The notes under the pieces are model-generated. The model was not told where the DNA came from. It saw only the letters and a list, made by a program, of their open reading frames with translations, and made no database searches. A DNA stretch of 56,898 nt, filler included, from Sandaracinaceae bacterium (GTDB lineage: Bacteria > Myxococcota_A > Polyangia > Polyangiales > JADJQN01), in the NCBI GenBank assembly GCA_947483975.1. It is 3 parts of 3 records of this genome, joined end to end, with 100 filler letters (N's around TTAATTAATTAA, not from the genome) between each part and the next. Parts side by side here need not be neighbours in the genome. Positions count along the whole stretch, not along the records: positions 19,121 to 37,963 come from CANKOL010000062.1; positions 38,064 to 56,898 come from CANKOL010000063.1; 1 more part is not named here. One strand, written 5' to 3'. Shown here piece by piece: positions 28,743 through 38,065 of this stretch. Positions within the stretch are counted from its first letter, which is position 1, and each line of letters starts with the position of its first letter. The translations under genes and the position numbers were made by a program.

Positions 28743-29217
28743 GGAGTGGCCCGTGACTGACGTCGTCGACGTGATCGCCAACATCCATCTCTTCCGCGGC
28801 CTCGCGCCGGAAGGACTGCGGCGCATCGCCGCGATCTCGCGGGAAGAGAGCTACCCCCGCAACGCCGTGATCTTCCGGGAGGGCGAGGTGGGCGACAAGC
28901 TCTACCTGATCCTCGACGGCAAGGTCCGCATCTCGCGCGAGGTCTCCGGGATGGGCGAAGAAGCCCTCGCCGTGCTGGGGCCGGGCGACGCCTTCGGCGA
29001 GATGAGCATCATCGACGACTTCCCCCGCTCCGCCGACGCGCGCGTGCACGAGAAGTGTCGCTGCCTGGTGCTCTCTCGGGACGCGATGGAGGATCTCCTC
29101 TTTCTCCACAAAGACCTCGCTTACGAGATCCTCTGGAACTTCGTGAAGATCCTCTCCGCTCGCCTCCGCGAGACGAACGACAAGATGACGTTCCTCTCGA
29201 CGTCGGGGAAGTTCTGA
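28741..29217 (+). CDS. Stand-alone cyclic nucleotide-binding domain protein
   Basis: IFREGE.GDKLYLI..GKV, FGEMS....PRSA; ends after the C-helix with no HTH. Confidence 0.9.
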   Translation: MEWPVTDVVDVIANIHLFRGLAPEGLRRIAAISREESYPRNAVIFREGEVGDKLYLILDGKVRISREVSGMGEEALAVLGPGDAFGEMSIIDDFPRSADARVHEKCRCLVLSRDAMEDLLFLHKDLAYEILWNFVKILSARLRETNDKMTFLSTSGKF

Positions 29218-29243
29218 GCCTCTGAACGCGATAGAGTCCGCGC

Positions 29244-30125
29244 GTGGATAACGCCTGGCCCGGCGCAGAGCCCCCGCCGACAGAGACGCCGCACCCGAGC
29301 GACGTGCCCGTCGGCGCGCGCTGCGGCGTACACGACACGACGGACGCCGCGTTCCTCTGCGTCGTCTGCGGCACCTACGGCTGCATGGCCTGCGTGTTCG
29401 CGACGGGCGGTCGCGGCACGACCTGCAGAGCATGCGCAGCGCGCGGGCTCGCCGAGTCGATCCCGTGGGAGCGTCGCGCACAGCTCGGCTGGATGAGCGC
29501 GTTCTGGCAGACGACGAAGCTCGTCTGCACGCAGCCCAAGCGCTTCTTCTCCACGCCCTCGACGGAGACGGGCATGGCGGGGCCGGTGCTCTACGGCGTG
29601 CTCGCGTACACGGCGGGCGGCGCGCTCCTGATGCTGTCGCTCGGCGTGATGTTCCTGCTCGGCAGCGGCGGCGCGCTCCTGCTCGGACAGAAGGAGCTCG
29701 GCGCGATCTTCGGCATCTACGGAGGCTGCTTCACGGTCGGCTTCATCCCGATCGCGCTCATCGCCTATCCCCTGCAGGGGCTGATGCAGATCCTGATCGC
29801 GAGCGTCTGCAGCCACGGCTCGCTCTCGCTCTTGAAGTCGCGCACCGCGACCTTCGAGCAGACGCTGCGCGCGGTCTGCTACGCGAACGCGCCGTACTTC
29901 TGGCTCTTCGTGCCGTGCATCGGCTGGTACTTCTCCGCGTTCTGGGTCTGGGGCGCCGAGTCCGTCGCGCTCCGCGAGACGCACCGCACGACGACCGACC
30001 GCGCCGTGCTCTCGGTGATCGGCTACCGCGTCGTCTTCATGGTGCTCGTCGGCGCGCTCTACGCCCTGATGGTCGGCGCGATGTTCGCGTTCGGCGCGAC
30101 CCAGGGCGGGCGCAACGGCTTCTGA
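29244..30125 (+). CDS. B-box-like zinc finger plus YIP1-like membrane protein
   Basis: C..H.......C..CG...C..C........C..C; IPWE; P..FF; five TM segments. Confidence 0.72.
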   Translation: MDNAWPGAEPPPTETPHPSDVPVGARCGVHDTTDAAFLCVVCGTYGCMACVFATGGRGTTCRACAARGLAESIPWERRAQLGWMSAFWQTTKLVCTQPKRFFSTPSTETGMAGPVLYGVLAYTAGGALLMLSLGVMFLLGSGGALLLGQKELGAIFGIYGGCFTVGFIPIALIAYPLQGLMQILIASVCSHGSLSLLKSRTATFEQTLRAVCYANAPYFWLFVPCIGWYFSAFWVWGAESVALRETHRTTTDRAVLSVIGYRVVFMVLVGALYALMVGAMFAFGATQGGRNGF

Positions 30126-30155
30126 CGAGCGTTCGTGTGCGGGCGAGCCCGCCGC

Positions 30156-31475
30156 TCAGCGGTAAGCGGCGACGAGCTTCTCGCAGGCGTCGAGCGCGTC
30201 GTCCTCGAGCAGCCCGATCAGCGTCACCGAGAGCCGCTCGCGGCGAAAGAGCTCGCGAGCGAGCGCGCGCACGTCTTCGGCCGTCACGCGCTGCACAGCG
30301 TCGGCGACCTCCATCAGTGTACCCGGCACGCCGAGCAGCCCGCGCACGCCGTAGAAATTCGCGAGCCCGATCGCGTCGTCGAGCGTCGCGCGCAGCTCCC
30401 AGAGGTAGCGCTTCTGCGCCTTCTCGAGCTCTTCGGGCGCGATCAGCGACTCGCGCAGCTCGCGCCCGAGCGCGAAGAGCTCCTCGATCAGCGCGGGCGC
30501 CTTGCTGTGCTCGACCGACGCGCCGAGGTCGAAGATCCCGCAGTCCTCGTAGAGGTCGAGCGCCGCGAAGACGTCGTACGCGAGCCCCTGCTCGTCGCAG
30601 ATCCGGCGGTGAAGGCGCGTGCTCATCCCGTCATCGAGCACCCGCGCCAAGAACTCGAGCTCGAGACGCCGCGGATCGCGCTCGCCGATGCCGAGGAACG
30701 ACACGCGCAGCTCCGTCTGCGAGCCGACGGACTCGACGAACGAGAAGCCCGGCTCGCGGTCGACGAGGGACGGCGTGACGGTCTCCGCCTGCGCGCCCGC
30801 GGGCAGCGCCGAGAACGCCTCCCGCACGAGCCGCGCGCTCTCTTCGGCGTCGACGGCGCCCGCGATCACGACCAGCGAGTTCGTCGCGCCGTAGAAGCGA
30901 GCGAGCCAGCGATGGAGATCGGGCACCTCGAAGCGACCGATGTTGGCCGCGTCGCCCGTGATCTTGTAGCCGAGCGGGTGCCCCTCGAACACGAGCTCGC
31001 GAGAGATGTCCTCGATGTCGACGTTGCGCCCGTCCTCGTCGAGCGCCTCGAGGATCTCCTCGCGGACGATGCCCTTCTCGAGCTCGAGGTCTGAGAAGAC
31101 CGGGTGAGTGACGATCTCGCCAAACAGCCCGATCGACTCCGCGAGGGACTCGGGCGGGATGCTGACTTGATAGAGCGTGAAGTCCGCGTGAGTCGCGCCG
31201 AGCAGCGTGCCGCCGAGCGACTCGATCGCGTGATTGAGCGCGTACGCCGACGGCAGGCGCTCCGTGCCGCGAAAGAGCATGTGCTCGAGGAAGTGCGAGA
31301 GCCCGTTGTCCTCAGCCGACTCGAAGCGTGAGCCCGCCTTCACGTAGAGCGAGACGCTCGCGGTGTGCAGGTGCGGCTGAGGGATGACGACGACGCGCAG
31401 ACCATTCGCGAGCGTCTCGGTGTGGAGCGAATGAACCGCCGCTCCACCCGCGGGACCCGCGACTCCGAGCGTCAA
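30156..31475 (-). CDS. M16 family (pitrilysin-like) zinc peptidase
   Basis: LANGLRV, GSRFE...G.SHFLEHM.F.GT (HxxEH), EK.IV.EE, GMSTRL......GLAY. Start uncertain. Confidence 0.92.
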   Translation of the reverse strand: MTLGVAGPAGGAAVHSLHTETLANGLRVVVIPQPHLHTASVSLYVKAGSRFESAEDNGLSHFLEHMLFRGTERLPSAYALNHAIESLGGTLLGATHADFTLYQVSIPPESLAESIGLFGEIVTHPVFSDLELEKGIVREEILEALDEDGRNVDIEDISRELVFEGHPLGYKITGDAANIGRFEVPDLHRWLARFYGATNSLVVIAGAVDAEESARLVREAFSALPAGAQAETVTPSLVDREPGFSFVESVGSQTELRVSFLGIGERDPRRLELEFLARVLDDGMSTRLHRRICDEQGLAYDVFAALDLYEDCGIFDLGASVEHSKAPALIEELFALGRELRESLIAPEELEKAQKRYLWELRATLDDAIGLANFYGVRGLLGVPGTLMEVADAVQRVTAEDVRALARELFRRERLSVTLIGLLEDDALDACEKLVAAYR

Positions 31476-33253
31476 TTCCCGGCCGGCTCCTCGACGGGGC
31501 GCCGACGAGGAGTCGGCGTCGCGCCGCCCGCGGCGGGACGATCGCCGCCCTCGGCGCCGTCGCTGCCCTCTTCGCCCTCTGCGGGCGGGTACGTGAGGAC
31601 CTCCTCGTTGATCCGCACATCGCCGGCAGACTCGGCCGCGGCGCGCAGGCGGCGCACGAAGATCGCGAGCGCCTCCGCCTGCTTGGTGGCGAGCAGCCCG
31701 TCCGTGAGGCGGGCTCGGTCGTCGTCGGTCAGCTCGCTGCGCACTGCGTCGACGCGCTCCTTCAAGCGGAAGACGAGGTAGTCCTCGCCGAGGCGGAACG
31801 GCGCGGTCGGGAGCGGCTGCGCGGAGGTCATCTCGTAGGCCGCGCGGGCGAGCGGGCCGCTGTCTGCGGCGCCGGGGATCGGCTGGTCACCGCGCGCGAA
31901 CGGGCGGGTGTCCTGCAGGCGCGGGCGATACGGGTCGGTGCGCTCGTCGTCCGCAGGGGGCGCCTCGGGCGGCGGCTCGACACCGGGCTCGACGGCGACG
32001 GGCGCGGGGCGACCCGAGAGCTCGCGATCGAGCTGCTCCATCGTCTTGCCAGCACGGATCTCAGCGAGCGCGCGCGTCGCGGCTTCGCGAGCCTCGTCGC
32101 CCGCCTTGGCCTGACGGTAGAGGTTGTCGGCGACCTCGCGCTTCGCCTCGGCCTCCGGAACATCGCCCTCGCGGAGCCCCTCGACCTTGATGATGTGGAA
32201 GCCGAAGTCGGTGGTGACGACGTCGCTCATCTGGCCGGGCTGCAGCGCGAACTGAGCCGTGTCGAACGGCGCGACCATGCGGCCGCGCGGGTTGTAGCCG
32301 AGGTCGCCGCCGCGGACCGCCGAGCCCGTGTCTTCGCTGTTCTCACGCGCGAGCGTGGCGAAATCCTCACCTGCGCGAGCGCGGCCGAGGAGCGCGTCGA
32401 TCTTCGCGCGGGCCGCCGCACGCACGTCGTCGCTCGCGTCGCTCGCCACCTTGATGAGGATGTGGCGGGCGCGCACCTGCTTCTCGAGCCCGGTGAACCG
32501 ATGCCGCTGGCGCGTGTACTCGGCGTCGACAGCCGGCTGATTGGCCGCCATCCACGTCGTGACCTCTGCGTCCGTCGGCTGAAGCTGATCGCGGTAGTAC
32601 GTCGGCGAGAAGCGGATGAACTCGAGCGTCACGCGCTCCTTCTCCCGCACATACGAGTCCCAGATCTCCTCGGGGCTGACCGTCACGCTCGCGACGATCG
32701 TCTCTCGCATGCGCTGAGCGAGGGTCTCCTCGACCTGGCTCTGGGCGAACTCCTGCACGCTGCGGCGCAGCCCGTTCTGGATGAAGCGCTTGGCGTTCTC
32801 GATGTCGAAGTGGCCGTCGTCGTCCTTGAAGTCGACGGGCATACGCCCGCCCGGGAAGGACGCGGGCGCGTTGACCGAGCGCGAGAGGTAGATGACGCCC
32901 TCGTCGGCGAGGCGGCGCATGACCTCGTCCTCGGTCGCGCGGAAGCCCATCTTGCGGGCCTCGCGGGCGAGGAGGGTGCGCTCGACGAGGCCGTCGAGGA
33001 TCAGCTCCTTGAGGCGGTTCTGCCGCGCGAGCGCCGTCGGATAACGCTCCCCGTTCGCGAGGACGAACGCCGAGCGGAACTCGCCCTCGGTGATGGTCGT
33101 GCCCGCGACGCGCGCCGCAAAGGATGCCCCTCCACCGCTGCAGCCCTGCCGCGCATTGGGCCGGCCGAACTCCAGGACGAAGATGACGCTCATGAGCACG
33201 ATGATCGTGCCGAGCACCGCGCCCTGCACTTTGCTGCCGAATTTCTCGAGCAT
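31472..33253 (-). CDS. SurA N-terminal domain / PpiD-like parvulin peptidyl-prolyl isomerase
   Basis: N-terminal TM anchor after ATG 33253 (MLEKFGSK); [36 protein letters not shown]. Confidence 0.9.
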   Translation of the reverse strand: MLEKFGSKVQGAVLGTIIVLMSVIFVLEFGRPNARQGCSGGGASFAARVAGTTITEGEFRSAFVLANGERYPTALARQNRLKELILDGLVERTLLAREARKMGFRATEDEVMRRLADEGVIYLSRSVNAPASFPGGRMPVDFKDDDGHFDIENAKRFIQNGLRRSVQEFAQSQVEETLAQRMRETIVASVTVSPEEIWDSYVREKERVTLEFIRFSPTYYRDQLQPTDAEVTTWMAANQPAVDAEYTRQRHRFTGLEKQVRARHILIKVASDASDDVRAAARAKIDALLGRARAGEDFATLARENSEDTGSAVRGGDLGYNPRGRMVAPFDTAQFALQPGQMSDVVTTDFGFHIIKVEGLREGDVPEAEAKREVADNLYRQAKAGDEAREAATRALAEIRAGKTMEQLDRELSGRPAPVAVEPGVEPPPEAPPADDERTDPYRPRLQDTRPFARGDQPIPGAADSGPLARAAYEMTSAQPLPTAPFRLGEDYLVFRLKERVDAVRSELTDDDRARLTDGLLATKQAEALAIFVRRLRAAAESAGDVRINEEVLTYPPAEGEEGSDGAEGGDRPAAGGATPTPRRRPVEEPAGN

Positions 33254-33434
33254 GAGCCTCTTGCCCCGCAGGGCCCGTACGGAGGGGACACGTAGGTGTC
33301 CCGGAAAAGGGGCCGGAGCATACGCAGACGTTCTGCGTGTCGCAAGGAGAGGCGCGAGCGCATTTTTTTGGCTTCCCCGCGGGTCGCTCCTGCGATGGCG
33401 TGCCGCGCCTGCCCACGGCCGGTACACTCGTCCG

Positions 33435-34166
33435 ATGCTTCCTTCCCTCGCTCGTCGCTCAACCTTGGTCGGCCTCTCGGCCGTCGGCCTCTCGGCGTTG
33501 CTGCTGGGCGCGTGCGCGACGCCAACGGAGATCTCGCTCTTCGCCGGGCCGCTCTCGGCGGGGTTCTCGACCTCCGCGCTCAGCCTCCCTGCGGCGCTCC
33601 GCGACGACACCGTTCCGACGGCGCCGACGCTGCGCTCGATCCCCTGCGGCGCGCCCGCGCCGGCGTGCCCGGCGGTCGACAGCGCGGACCCGATCGTGCT
33701 CGAGTGCGTCGCAGGCGTCTGCGATCCCGCGCCGAAGACGCTCGTCGTGCCGCTCGGAGACGTCATCGACGTCGACGCCGCGGCAGGCGGACTCGATGGG
33801 CTCCTCTCCACCATCGACCGCATCGAGGTGCGGAAGGTCGACGTGACCGTGCGCGCGAACACGCTGACGGTGGACTCCGCGCCGATCGAGATCTTCTGGG
33901 GCCCCGAGGGAACGACCGGCGTCGACGAGTCGCGCCTCCTCGCGACCGTCCCTGCGATCGCCGCCGGGAGCACGACGGTGGGCGAGGTCGCGCTCGACGC
34001 GGCGGGCGTCGACGGCCTCTCGAACCACCTCGTGAACACCTCGCGCCGCGTGCGGTTTTTCGCGCGGACGCGGGTCGACCTCGTGCCAGGCGGGCGCTAT
34101 CCAGAGGGCGCGCTCGACCTGGAGGCGGTGGTCTCCATCACCGCGACGGGCACAATTTCCGGTTAG
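33435..34166 (+). CDS. Hypothetical lipoprotein
   Basis: ATG 33435, lipobox LGAC, beta-rich body with four further Cys. Confidence 0.7.
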   Translation: MLPSLARRSTLVGLSAVGLSALLLGACATPTEISLFAGPLSAGFSTSALSLPAALRDDTVPTAPTLRSIPCGAPAPACPAVDSADPIVLECVAGVCDPAPKTLVVPLGDVIDVDAAAGGLDGLLSTIDRIEVRKVDVTVRANTLTVDSAPIEIFWGPEGTTGVDESRLLATVPAIAAGSTTVGEVALDAAGVDGLSNHLVNTSRRVRFFARTRVDLVPGGRYPEGALDLEAVVSITATGTISG

Positions 34167-34263
34167 GCGGAACGTTCAGCGTCGAGCAGAACTCTGCTTC
34201 ACAGTCCGCTGAGATCCAGTACAGTCGGTCGCTCATCAACGGCACCCGGAAGGGGGAGGTCGA

Positions 34264-34857
34264 GTGGCTTCGGAATCGCAGGCACCGCCGAAAGACGAAG
34301 GCGGAGGAAACGCGAAGTACATCGTGCTCGCGCTGTTGCTCTTTGGAGGAGCCGCTGGCGTGTGGTTCGCGATGAGCACGGGCACCCCGGCTGCACCGCC
34401 GCCCCCACCGCCGCCCGTGGACGCGGGCGTGCACCGGGTCGCGGACAACAACCTCGACATCGAGATCCCGCCGGAGCTCCCCGATCTCGGGCCCGGCGAG
34501 GACCTCGGACCGCCCACCAAGCGCATCGTCTACCGCTACGTCGGTGGCGGCGGCGGCTGGGACTGCTCGGGTGAGGTCTCCGACGCGCACGCGGTGATGG
34601 CGGAGGCTCAGCGCCAGATCCGCAACTGCTACGAGCGGCAGCTCAAGTCGAACAACACGCTGCAGGGCACCGTCGTGCTCTCGGTCAAGGTCGGCGGGAG
34701 CGGCGCGGTTCAGGCGGTGCAGGTCGGCGGAACGCTGCGCGACAACGAGGTCTTCTCGTGCGTCCGCAACGTCGCGCAGGCGCTTCACTTCGCCGTACCG
34801 GCGGGCGGGACCTGCGCCGTCGTGCAGCAGCCGTTCAACCTCACGCCTCAAAACTAG
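34264..34857 (+). CDS. Bitopic membrane protein with Pro-rich linker and AgmX/PglI C-terminal domain
   Basis: GGGGAGG RBS; TM; poly-Pro; IRNCYERQLK...LQG.V...C......F...PF. Confidence 0.82.
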   Translation: MASESQAPPKDEGGGNAKYIVLALLLFGGAAGVWFAMSTGTPAAPPPPPPPVDAGVHRVADNNLDIEIPPELPDLGPGEDLGPPTKRIVYRYVGGGGGWDCSGEVSDAHAVMAEAQRQIRNCYERQLKSNNTLQGTVVLSVKVGGSGAVQAVQVGGTLRDNEVFSCVRNVAQALHFAVPAGGTCAVVQQPFNLTPQN

Positions 34858-34878
34858 GGCAGGTCGCCCGGGGTCTCG

Positions 34879-35691
34879 ATGGACTACTTCCGCGGCTACC
34901 GCACCTTTCGAGACGACCCCGAGTGGTCGTCCAAGATGTTCATCGGGGTGCTGCTCGCGCTCTGCAGTGGGTTCATCCCGATCCTGCCGCAGATCGCGCT
35001 CGCGGGTTGGGGCGCGATGGTCGTGCGCCGCTCGGCGCAGGGCATCGTGTCCCCGCTGCCGCGCCTCGACTTCGACTTCGACTACCTCGGCAAGCTGCTG
35101 AACCCGGGCTTCAAGGCGTTCATCGTCCGGCTGATGTGGACGCTGCCGATCACGTTCCTGCTCGTCGGCCTCGGGATGTGCCTGTATTTCGGCGGCATCA
35201 TGATGGTCCTCGGCGGGGCGCGCGCGGGCGATGAGGCGGGCGGCATCGCCGCGGCGGTCTGCGTCGGCTTCGCGGTGCTCGCGATGTTCCCGGTGACGAT
35301 CCTGATGATGATGCCCGCGACGATCGCGGCGCTGCGGACTGAGCTCACCGACGACCTCAACGAGGGCATGAAGTTCGGCGAAGTCCTCGCGATGACGAAG
35401 CTCATGTTCAAGGAGCTCTTCCTCGGCAGCCTGCTGATCGGCGGGGTGCAGATGTGTCTGGGCATCCTCGGCCTGATGCTCTGCTATTTCCCGCTCTTCT
35501 TCGTGATGTGGCTCGGCATCTACGTGCAGGCGATGTTCCAAGCGGAGCTCTACCGCGCGTACCTGGCGAAGGGCGGCAAGCCTTTCGCGAAGCTCGCCCC
35601 GACGGAGCTTCCGCTCCCGCAGCCCCCGCACATCCCGCGTCCGCCGCAGCCGCCGCAGCAGCTCCCGCCTCAGGCGCAGGGCGGCTGGTAG
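34879..35691 (+). CDS. DUF4013-like membrane protein
   Basis: F.DDPEW..K..IG, GW...V.R, LP..DF; 4-5 TM; Pro/Gln-rich tail. Confidence 0.72.
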   Translation: MDYFRGYRTFRDDPEWSSKMFIGVLLALCSGFIPILPQIALAGWGAMVVRRSAQGIVSPLPRLDFDFDYLGKLLNPGFKAFIVRLMWTLPITFLLVGLGMCLYFGGIMMVLGGARAGDEAGGIAAAVCVGFAVLAMFPVTILMMMPATIAALRTELTDDLNEGMKFGEVLAMTKLMFKELFLGSLLIGGVQMCLGILGLMLCYFPLFFVMWLGIYVQAMFQAELYRAYLAKGGKPFAKLAPTELPLPQPPHIPRPPQPPQQLPPQAQGGW

Positions 35692-35704
35692 GGCAGTCCG
35701 CAGG

Positions 35705-35737
35705 GACAGTCTCCCTCACTTCTCGAGGGAGACTGTC
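35705..35737. terminator. Stem-loop between convergent genes (possible bidirectional terminator)
   Basis: Perfect 13-bp inverted repeat GACAGTCTCCCTC / GAGGGAGACTGTC with a 7-nt loop, between the stops at 35691 and 35756. Confidence 0.6.
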
Positions 35738-35755
35738 GCGGTCACGCCCGCTCGA

Positions 35756-36199
35756 TCAGGGCAGGACTTCGCCGATCAGCTTGGACGCGAGCTTGCCGTC
35801 GTAGCGGCCCTTGTAGCGCTCACCGAGCACCTTCATCACCTTGCCCATGTCCCGCTTCGAGGTCGCGCCGACCTCGGCGGCGAGCGTGCCGATCAGCGCG
35901 CGCAGCTCGTCGTCGGTCAGGGCCTTCGGCAGGTAGCGCTCGATGATCGCGATCTCCGCGCGCTCCTTCTCGGCCGCCTCGACGCGCCCGCCGGCTTCGT
36001 AGTCGACGATCGAGTCCTTGCGCGTCTTGACGCCGCGCGCGAGCACGCCGATCTCCTCGCTCTCGTCGAGGTCGCGGCCGAGCTCGATCTCGCGGTTCAT
36101 CAGCTCGCTCTTGATCATGCGCAGCGTGTCGCGCACGAGCTCTTCGCGGGCCTTCATCGCGGTCTTCAGGTCAGCGTCGATGGTCGTCTTGAGGGTCAT
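35756..36199 (-). CDS. yqeY: GatB/YqeY domain protein
   Basis: 147 aa; DLKTAMKA, LR.IK, K.RKDSI..Y..GGR, E..E...IE.YLP, DMGKVM, DG. Confidence 0.93.
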   Translation of the reverse strand: MTLKTTIDADLKTAMKAREELVRDTLRMIKSELMNREIELGRDLDESEEIGVLARGVKTRKDSIVDYEAGGRVEAAEKERAEIAIIERYLPKALTDDELRALIGTLAAEVGATSKRDMGKVMKVLGERYKGRYDGKLASKLIGEVLP

Positions 36200-36248
36200 G
36201 CGCGCGAAGGTACGCCGACGACGCGGCGACGGCGAGCGCGACCCGCGC

Positions 36249-36887
36249 TCAGCCGCAGAAGCAGAGGGCGTCTTCGACGATTCCGTCGGCGTCGGGGAGG
36301 TGAAACGGCACCTCGTCGCAGCTCGACATCCCGATCGTCTGTCCGAGGCCGACGCCGGTCGTCGTGCCAGACCAGCAGAACGTCGCGACATAGTCGCCCG
36401 GCGGCGCGCTCGCGGGAGGCGCCGCGCAGAGGGCGAGCTCGCCCAGGTCGCAGGTGCCGGTGGTGTGCGCGAGCCCGTCCCAGAGGTGCTCGATCGAGCC
36501 GCCCGCGCCGGAGAGCGCGCGCACGACGTCGGGCGGCGGGCCGCAGCGCGGACAGCTGGGACACGCCGTGCCGGACGTCGGGCACTCGCAGAGGTCGCAG
36601 CGCCCAGTGAGCTCGAGCGGCGTGCCGTCTCGGGCGCGAACCGAGAGCCAGCCGGGGCCCTCGCGCGACGAGCTCGACTCCTGCGCGTAGAGCACGTCCG
36701 CCGCGCCGACGTCGCTCCGGAAGGACAGACGGAAGACGAGGCCGACGGGCGGCGCTCCGGCGTCCGCGCCGCCATCGAGTCGGCCGGCGTCGGCGGCACC
36801 CGCGTCGACGGGCGCTTCGACGAGCGGCGAGGTCGAGGCGCCGCACGCGCCGAGCAGCAGGAGGGCGAGGCAGAGCGGGAGTCTCAT
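36249..36887 (-). CDS. Cys-rich hypothetical lipoprotein
   Basis: ATG 36887 MRLPLCLALLLLGAC lipobox; DAG linker; CDLCEC...CPSCPRC; ends CFCG. Confidence 0.7.
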   Translation of the reverse strand: MRLPLCLALLLLGACGASTSPLVEAPVDAGAADAGRLDGGADAGAPPVGLVFRLSFRSDVGAADVLYAQESSSSREGPGWLSVRARDGTPLELTGRCDLCECPTSGTACPSCPRCGPPPDVVRALSGAGGSIEHLWDGLAHTTGTCDLGELALCAAPPASAPPGDYVATFCWSGTTTGVGLGQTIGMSSCDEVPFHLPDADGIVEDALCFCG

Positions 36888-36911
36888 TGGCGTCGAGGAT
36901 AGCCGAGGCTG

Positions 36912-37751
36912 TTGCTGCGCGCGCGCCGCGACCGCGTGTACGCTCCCGCGCATGAGTCGTTCGGAACTCCACACGGCGCGGTCCCTCTGACGCTCGCGCT
37001 CCTCGGGCTCGTCACGCTGCTCGCGTTCGTGGTCGAGGCGACCGCGGGCTTCGGCGCGACCATCGTGACGGTGACGCTCGCCGCGTACTTCATGCCGATC
37101 GCGGAGGTGCTCGCCGCGCTCCTGCCCGCGAACCTGCTGCTCTCGGGCTACCTCGCGCTGAAGTACCGGCGCGCCATCGACACGCGCTTGCTCCTGCGCC
37201 GCGTGGGCGTGTGGATGGTGCCCGGGATGGCGCTCGGGATGCTGCCGAGCGTGCTCCCGCAGCTCGCGGGGCTGCGCGAGCAGGGGATGATTCGCACGGT
37301 GTTCGCGGCGTTCGTCGTCGTCCTCGCCGCGACCGAGCTGTGGCGCGCCTTTCGACCGCGCGCCGGGGCAGAGCGAGCGCTCCCTGGGCCGCTCGCGGCG
37401 GGCGCGCTCGTCGGCGCGGGCGTGGTGCACGGGCTCTTCGCGTGCGGCGGACCGATGCTCGTCTACGTCGTCGGGCGCGAGCTGACGGACAAGGCGCGAT
37501 TCCGCGCGACGCTCTCGGCCGTCTGGCTGGCGCTCAACCTCGTGCTCGTCGTGAGCTACGTCGCCGCGGGCACGATCAACGCTCAATCCCTGCGCGGCAG
37601 CGGCGTGATGCTCGGCTCGCTCGTCGGCGGGCTCGTGATCGGCGAGTGGGTCCACCGACGGCTATCCGTCGAGCGCTTCCGCCTCGCCGTCTTCACGCTG
37701 CTGCTCTTCGCCGGCGGCGCGCTGCTCGTGCGCTCCCTGTGGGAGCGCTGA
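36912..37751 (+). CDS. Sulfite exporter TauE/SafE family membrane protein
   Basis: GFG in TM1, G..HGLF..GGP, FRATL; eight TM. Start uncertain (36912-36990). Confidence 0.85.
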   Translation: MLRARRDRVYAPAHESFGTPHGAVPLTLALLGLVTLLAFVVEATAGFGATIVTVTLAAYFMPIAEVLAALLPANLLLSGYLALKYRRAIDTRLLLRRVGVWMVPGMALGMLPSVLPQLAGLREQGMIRTVFAAFVVVLAATELWRAFRPRAGAERALPGPLAAGALVGAGVVHGLFACGGPMLVYVVGRELTDKARFRATLSAVWLALNLVLVVSYVAAGTINAQSLRGSGVMLGSLVGGLVIGEWVHRRLSVERFRLAVFTLLLFAGGALLVRSLWER

Positions 37752-37772
37752 GCGCGCCGCAGACACGCTCGA

Positions 37773-37846
37773 CGCCAGCGATCGCTACATGCTCATCGCC
37801 AGCGATCGCTACATGCTCATCGCCAGCGATCGCTACATGCTCATCG
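37773..37846. repeat. Perfect 24-bp tandem repeat, three copies (CGCCAGCGATCGCTACATGCTCAT)
   Basis: Identical units at 37773, 37797 and 37821; each contains the palindrome AGCGATCGCT and, on the minus strand, ATG AGC ATG TAG. Confidence 0.95.
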
Positions 37847-37961
37847 TCGTGCCGCCGTCGGTCGGCGTGCTCGACGGGCACATCGCCACGCTCGAGTTGA
37901 AGCAGGTGCCGGTGCCGCGGTCGCAGCACACGGGGAGCGAAGGCGTCGGGTTCGACGGGCA
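37833..37961 (-). CDS. C-terminal fragment of a Cys-rich protein truncated at the gap (not in the ORF track)
   Basis: Reads CPSNPTPSLPVCCDRGTGTCFNSSVAMCPSSTPTDGGTTMSM* with GC3-rich codons; convergent on tauE. Confidence 0.6.
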   Translation of the reverse strand, partial: CPSNPTPSLPVCCDRGTGTCFNSSVAMCPSSTPTDGGTTMSM

Positions 37962-37963
37962 GC

Positions 37964-38063
37964 NNNNNNNNNNNNNNNNNNNNNNNNNNNNNNNNNNNNN
38001 NNNNNNNTTAATTAATTAANNNNNNNNNNNNNNNNNNNNNNNNNNNNNNNNNNNNNNNNNNNN
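37964..38063. other. Assembly gap with artificial linker TTAATTAATTAA (38008-38019)
   Basis: Same N44-linker-N44 structure as the first gap. Confidence 0.98.
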
Positions 38064-38065
38064 CC

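Noticed and set aside
33254..34039. Overlapping extensions of the PpiD-like ORF (855 aa) and of the 33090 ORF
   Set aside because: They are shadows of each other; plausible starts are 33253 (-) and 33435 (+), leaving a divergent intergenic region.
36200..37655. Long versions of the YqeY (347 aa) and lipoprotein (468 aa) ORFs, suggesting fusions
   Set aside because: The extensions are low-complexity shadow frames of neighbouring genes.
37773..37846. Possible CRISPR array
   Set aside because: The repeats are contiguous with no spacers, and there are no cas genes.
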